Positions 59,493 to 64,000 of a DNA stretch of 64,000 bases are shown here, one piece after another. This DNA is from Nitrospirota bacterium (lineage in GTDB: Bacteria; Nitrospirota; UBA9217). The stretch lies in NCBI GenBank assembly GCA_963737155.1, contig CAVTRN010000001.1, positions 1,600,001-1,664,000 on the forward strand, written 5' to 3'. A model generated the notes under the pieces. It worked only from the letters and a program-made list of their open reading frames with translations, was not told the origin of the DNA and did not search any database. The position numbers were made by a program, and so were the translations under genes. The stretch's first letter is position 1. Every line of letters starts with the position of its first letter.

Positions 59493-59611
59493 CCGTTATT
59501 GCGAGCTGAAGGCGAAGCAATCTCGTGGTATGTCTTGGGATACATTCCGCACACGCGTGTTTTGCAGTCGCCAGAATCCGGGATTGCTTCTTCGTTTCTT
59601 TCCCCATAGTG
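59493..59611. repeat. degenerate REP/RPE-like palindromic repeat
   Basis: CGTTATTGCGAGC..CGAAGCAATCT ... GATTGCTTC inverted pair. Confidence 0.4.
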
Positions 59612-59718
59612 ATAGATAGCATGGGATGTTTGAGGCGACTGAACAGTGCACAACTTTTGAACTGAAAACTGCACATTATTTATTCAGATGCTTAAATCAG
59701 TGGCTATCTCCTCAATAA

Positions 59719-59768
59719 TTTAATTAAATTTTATTTCTTTTGCATTCAATCTTAGCAGCAATTTTACG
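59719..59768 (+). promoter_or_regulatory. KdpE-box-like promoter of kdp operon 3
   Basis: TTTAAT (59719), TTTATT (59730), TGCATT (59741), TTAGCA (59752), TTTACG (59763): 11-bp period. Confidence 0.6.
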
Positions 59769-59809
59769 CCGATTGCGCTTATATTTACGCACACAAAGGA
59801 GGCGATATC

Positions 59810-60013
59810 ATGAACGTTACCTATATGAATATTTTTGTCGCATTCTTCCTGCTCAGTTGGTTTTTTACCAGACACTTTTGGCAAGCGGTAACAGAAAGCT
59901 ATAGCACCAACTTACCGCGGAGACATCGTTCTCGCAGCCGGGCTGGAATTTTCTACATAAGAGATCGATGCGGCCCATTCAGAAACCAACAGCATTTATT
60001 GCAGGGAATCTGA
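59810..60013 (+). CDS. kdp leader-type peptide with basic extension (67 aa)
   Basis: AAAGGAGG RBS; MNVTYMNIFVAFFLLSWFF. Confidence 0.6.
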   Translation: MNVTYMNIFVAFFLLSWFFTRHFWQAVTESYSTNLPRRHRSRSRAGIFYIRDRCGPFRNQQHLLQGI

Positions 60014-60086
60014 CTGAAGTGTCTTTGCTTTTTCTCTCAAACAGATTGTTATTAGATGCTACTAAAAGTAGAGGAGGAACTCTTAA

Positions 60087-60182
60087 ATGAACCTTACATT
60101 CTGGCTGCCAGCGATGTTTATCCTGGGCATTGTATTGATGGCGCTTTGTTACCTGTTCATGGAAGTATGCGAGAAAATTTAA
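60087..60182 (+). CDS. small hydrophobic peptide (31 aa: MNLTFWLPAMFILGIVLMALCYLFMEVCEKI)
   Basis: GAGGAGG RBS; paralog of 53220-53315. Confidence 0.8.
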   Translation: MNLTFWLPAMFILGIVLMALCYLFMEVCEKI

Positions 60183-60200
60183 TCAATTGAGGTGATTTCA

Positions 60201-60284
60201 ATGATGATCTATCTGACGGTAGCTGTTGTGGCGTTCTTGTTCATTTACCTGTTTTTGGCGCTGATCCGGCCGGAATGGTTCTAA
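60201..60284 (+). CDS. kdpF: KdpF copy 3 (MMIYLTVAVVAFLFIYLFLALIRPEWF)
   Basis: YL..AL.RPE.F signature, GAGGTG RBS. Confidence 0.88.
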   Translation: MMIYLTVAVVAFLFIYLFLALIRPEWF

Positions 60285-60333
60285 CAGGGACATCAAGGCA
60301 AGCTGAAATACCTAATTAAAAAGGAGTTAAACA

Positions 60334-62163
60334 ATGTTTATGCAAACCTGGTTTTTACCCATCTTGATTCTGGTAACGGCGAGCGTGGTCGCGTTTCCCT
60401 TAAGTCGATACCTGGCGTGGATCATGGACGGAAAATACCGGCCCTTGGCGGTCTTTGGATGGTTCGAAAAACGCCTTGATAGCGGCCCCCAGAACTGGAA
60501 GCAATACCTCGGCTCCATGCTCGTCTTCAATACGTTGCTGTTTGTCTTTGGTTTCCTTGTGCTGGTGCTTCAGCAATGGATGCCGCTTAATCCTGACGGC
60601 AAGGTGATGCTTGCCCCGAGTACGATCTTTCATAGCGTTGTATCGTTCATGACAAACACGGACCTCCAGCATTATTCGGGGGACCAGCACTTGTCGAACT
60701 TCAGCCAGATCTTCTTTGGCCTTGGCAATTTTTTTACGTCAGCAGCGATCGGTTTCTGCGCACTGACCGGCATCATCCGGGCTTTGCGCGGAGATTCCTC
60801 CCTAGGCAACTTCTTCGTGGACATGTGGAGGGTAATTGTCTACACGTTCGTGCCCGTTGCCGTTGTGATCGCCCTCTTTTTTCTGGCACAAGGCAGCCCG
60901 ATGACCTTCAAAAGCTCTTATCAGGTTTCGACACTCGAACCCGCGGCTATGGGGACAACGGACAAGGGCGAGGTTAAGAAGCAGACCATCGTAGTCGGAC
61001 CGGTGGCGGCCTTCGAGTCTATAAAGATGTTAGGGACAAACGGCGGCGGATTTTACGGCATGAACTCGGCTCATCCTTTCGAAAACCCCACTGCCGCGTC
61101 GAACTTTGTGAACACGCTGTCGATGATGCTCTTCCCGTTCGCGCTTGTCCTCATGTACGGCCGAATGCTCGGCCGAAAGCGGCACGGCGTAGCCCTTTTT
61201 TCGGTGATGCTGACGTTGATGACGGCAACAATTATCTGGGCGATCTACTTTGATACGTTAAAACCGAACCCAGGCTTGACCGCTCATCCAGTGGCCCGAA
61301 CGTATGAAGTTCCCAGCGCATCAGCGCCGGGCGGCAAGCAGACGGTGTCTCTGCCGGCAGTCGCCGGCTTGCCCGTAGACCAGCATCTGGGCAATCTCGA
61401 GGGCAAGGAGATGCGTTTTGGAAACTCTGCAGGCGCAACGTATGCGGCGATAACGACGGATGTGACTGCAGGCGCCGTGAACGCCGAGCACGATAGCCTT
61501 AATCCACTTGCCGCCTTGGCTCCCATGGTTGGGATGTGGCTGAACTGCATCTTCGGCGGCAAAGGCGTGGGGATGATCAACATGTTGATCTTCCTGATAG
61601 TCGGGATCTTTATAGCCGGACAGATGGTGGGCCGGACGCCGGAGTATCTCGGCAAGAAAATCGGAGCGCGCGAAATGAAGCTCGTCACCATCGCCCTGCT
61701 GATCCATCCGCTGATGATCCTGATGCCCAGCGGTCTCTTCGCCGCAATGGATTGGGGACTCAAGGCCGTCAGCAATCCCGGGGCACATGGTTTTACGCAA
61801 ATATTCTACCAGTTTTCCTCGGCTTCCGCAAATAACGGTTCCGCCTTCGACGGCTTAGGAGTGACGTACGGCTTTTTCAATAACCCGAACCCGGCGCCGA
61901 CCGCTGTCGCATGGGACATTGCTACCGGACTGGTAATCGTTATCAGCCGCTTTATTCCGATTATCGCGCCGTTCATAATGGCGGTCTCTTTGGGGGCGAA
62001 GAAGGCGAGCCCCTTTGGTTTAGGAACCATGCGGGATGACACCCCCACCTTCGCCCTCTACTTGCTCAGCGCGATTATCATCATCGGCGCATTGCTCTTC
62101 CTTCCGATCGCAGCGCTTGGACCATTTGCCGAGCATTTCGGGCCGATCCCCTTCGGCGGGTGA
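60334..62163 (+). CDS. kdpA: K+-transporting ATPase subunit A, divergent class
   Basis: [32 protein letters not shown]; paralog of 51295-53124. Confidence 0.93.
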   Translation: MFMQTWFLPILILVTASVVAFPLSRYLAWIMDGKYRPLAVFGWFEKRLDSGPQNWKQYLGSMLVFNTLLFVFGFLVLVLQQWMPLNPDGKVMLAPSTIFHSVVSFMTNTDLQHYSGDQHLSNFSQIFFGLGNFFTSAAIGFCALTGIIRALRGDSSLGNFFVDMWRVIVYTFVPVAVVIALFFLAQGSPMTFKSSYQVSTLEPAAMGTTDKGEVKKQTIVVGPVAAFESIKMLGTNGGGFYGMNSAHPFENPTAASNFVNTLSMMLFPFALVLMYGRMLGRKRHGVALFSVMLTLMTATIIWAIYFDTLKPNPGLTAHPVARTYEVPSASAPGGKQTVSLPAVAGLPVDQHLGNLEGKEMRFGNSAGATYAAITTDVTAGAVNAEHDSLNPLAALAPMVGMWLNCIFGGKGVGMINMLIFLIVGIFIAGQMVGRTPEYLGKKIGAREMKLVTIALLIHPLMILMPSGLFAAMDWGLKAVSNPGAHGFTQIFYQFSSASANNGSAFDGLGVTYGFFNNPNPAPTAVAWDIATGLVIVISRFIPIIAPFIMAVSLGAKKASPFGLGTMRDDTPTFALYLLSAIIIIGALLFLPIAALGPFAEHFGPIPFGG

Positions 62164-62237
62164 GCAGGAATGAGTACGTTTATGAAAATCCTGGAACGCT
62201 TACAATAAATTGTGAGATTTTTAAAAAGGAGTTCGAT

Positions 62238-64000
62238 ATGAATAAAGCACCGAATACTACAGAAATAGAACAGCACGTCCGTGTGGCTCCGGAACAGCCG
62301 CACCACCGTATAAAAGCAAGAAAGCTGCTGGAAAAGGAAACGACGATGGCGGCGCTCAAACAGGCATTCGTCATGCTGCGGCCGGACATCCAATGGAACA
62401 ATCCCGTGATGTTCGTCGTGGAAATCGGCGCCATCCTGACGTTGCTGTTTATCGCGAGAGCAGCGCTCGGAGATTCCGGGAGCCAGGTGAGGATGGGTTA
62501 TTTTATCGCGGTCGACGCATGGCTTTTCCTGACCGTATTGTTCGCGAACTTTGCCACAGCCCTTGCCGAGGCCCGGGGTAAAGCACAGGCGGAATCGCTC
62601 CGGCAGACGCGTCATGACACGGTGGCTTTTCGTTTAAAAAACGGCAACAGCATCGAACAGGTTTCCTCGAACGTTTTGAAACCAGGCGATCGGGTCGTCG
62701 TGGAGGTGGGACAAACGATCCCCGGCGACGGAGAGATCATCGAAGGGGCCGCATCCATCAACGAGTCGGCGATTACGGGCGAGTCTGCCCCGGTCATTCG
62801 CGAGGCGGGCGGTGACCGGTCCGGTGTAACCGGAGGTACCGTCGTACTCTCCGACCGAATCGTCGTACGAATCATGAGCGGCGCCGGCGAATCATTCCTT
62901 GACCGGATGATCGCTCTGGTCGAGGGTGCCATCCGGCAGCGAACGCCGAATGAGATCGCCCTTACACTGGTGCTCTCGGCATTTACGCTGGCCTTCTTGA
63001 TCGTGGTGGTTCCTCTTTGGCCGATGGCCTGGAACGCCGAACAATACATGATGGGCTACCTGGGGATCACGGAACCTTTGCACAGCCTGGGCACCGATGT
63101 TCCGACCCTTATAGCGCTTTTGGTCTGCCTGATTCCCACTACCATCGGCGCATTGCTTGCCGCCATCGGGATCGCAGGCATGGACCGGGCTTTACAGGCA
63201 AACATAATCGCCAAGAGCGGCAAGGCCGTGGAGTTGGCGGGAGATATCGATGTCGTGTTGTTGGATAAGACTGGCACGATCACGATCGGGAACCGGCACG
63301 CAACGAAATTCCTGACTATAGGAAATTATTCGGCTGCCGAATTAGGCCGGTTGGCGGCCCTGGCATCCGCTGCCGACGACACGCCTGAAGGCAAAAGCAT
63401 CGTGACGCTGTTCGAGAAGCAGAGCAAAGCCTTGATCAGCGCGCCGCAGAACGCATTGTTCATCCCCTTTTCAGCCCAAACGCGCATGAGCGGCATCGAT
63501 CTTCCTGATGGACGGCGGATAAGAAAGGGTGCGCCAGACGCCATCATCAAATTCGTCGAGGAAAATCACGGAAGTGTTCCAGCTGATCTCGACGACGTGG
63601 TCAATTCCGTCGCGTCCAAGGGCGCGACGCCCCTCGTTGTCGCTGATGGCGGTCGCATCGCGGGCGTGATTGCCCTCGAGGATATTTTAAAGCCCCACAT
63701 GCAGGAACGATTCAAACGGCTGAGACAGATGGGTTTACGGACTGTCATGATCACCGGGGACAATCCCGTTACAGCTGCCGCCATTGCCGCACAGGCAGGA
63801 GTCGACGACTTCATTGCCCAGGCCACTCCGGAATCCAAGCTCGCTTACATCAGGAAGGAGCACGCTCAGGGGAAACTCGTGGCCATGATGGGAGACGGCA
63901 CGAACGATGCTCCGGCCCTGGCCCAGGCTGACGTAGCGCTGGCCATGAACGCAGGAACTCAGGCGGCCAAGGAAGCGGCCAACATGGTGGATCTGGACAG
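62238..64000 (+). CDS. kdpB: K+-transporting ATPase subunit B, copy 3 (divergent, runs off the window)
   Basis: [55 protein letters not shown]; absent from the ORF track because there is no stop in the window. Confidence 0.93.
   Translation, partial: MNKAPNTTEIEQHVRVAPEQPHHRIKARKLLEKETTMAALKQAFVMLRPDIQWNNPVMFVVEIGAILTLLFIARAALGDSGSQVRMGYFIAVDAWLFLTVLFANFATALAEARGKAQAESLRQTRHDTVAFRLKNGNSIEQVSSNVLKPGDRVVVEVGQTIPGDGEIIEGAASINESAITGESAPVIREAGGDRSGVTGGTVVLSDRIVVRIMSGAGESFLDRMIALVEGAIRQRTPNEIALTLVLSAFTLAFLIVVVPLWPMAWNAEQYMMGYLGITEPLHSLGTDVPTLIALLVCLIPTTIGALLAAIGIAGMDRALQANIIAKSGKAVELAGDIDVVLLDKTGTITIGNRHATKFLTIGNYSAAELGRLAALASAADDTPEGKSIVTLFEKQSKALISAPQNALFIPFSAQTRMSGIDLPDGRRIRKGAPDAIIKFVEENHGSVPADLDDVVNSVASKGATPLVVADGGRIAGVIALEDILKPHMQERFKRLRQMGLRTVMITGDNPVTAAAIAAQAGVDDFIAQATPESKLAYIRKEHAQGKLVAMMGDGTNDAPALAQADVALAMNAGTQAAKEAANMVDLD

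Overview
Bacterial chromosomal window; gene content and style suggest an anaerobic Nitrospirota or deltaproteobacterium-like organism (inference). Bases 1-37100 are mostly core genome. They hold a PPi-dependent phosphofructokinase, a ferritin-like protein, a deacetylase, and a K+ locus (KimA-like permease, kdpE, kdpD, kdpFABC). They also hold glnB-glnA, a large TPR protein, def-fmt-DUF116-rsmB-PASTA-rpe, a Re-citrate-synthase-like enzyme with a Cache tail, a radical SAM gene, pgeF-yggS-proC-yggT-divIVA-DUF167 and tmRNA. Downstream of tmRNA lies an accessory mosaic. It contains an IS1182-family element with terminal repeats and target duplication, a two-gene sufCB (SmsCB-type) module, and a rhodanese gene coupled to an exported UGSC selenoprotein that the ORF track splits at its UGA. 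It also contains attC-like sites (one complete DUF4062 cassette), an Xre/RES toxin-antitoxin pair, two more kdp operons and the relic of a fourth. The strongest candidates for new biology are two. (i) The rhodanese + exported U-x-x-C selenoprotein unit next to sufCB. (ii) An expanded Kdp system with a divergent KdpA class (altered selectivity-filter residues), an enlarged KdpC, unannotated membrane micro-peptides and a shared KdpE-box-like promoter, one copy of which now points at a degenerate PII and an orphan NtrC-like regulator. All alignments were done by eye; no database searches were run.
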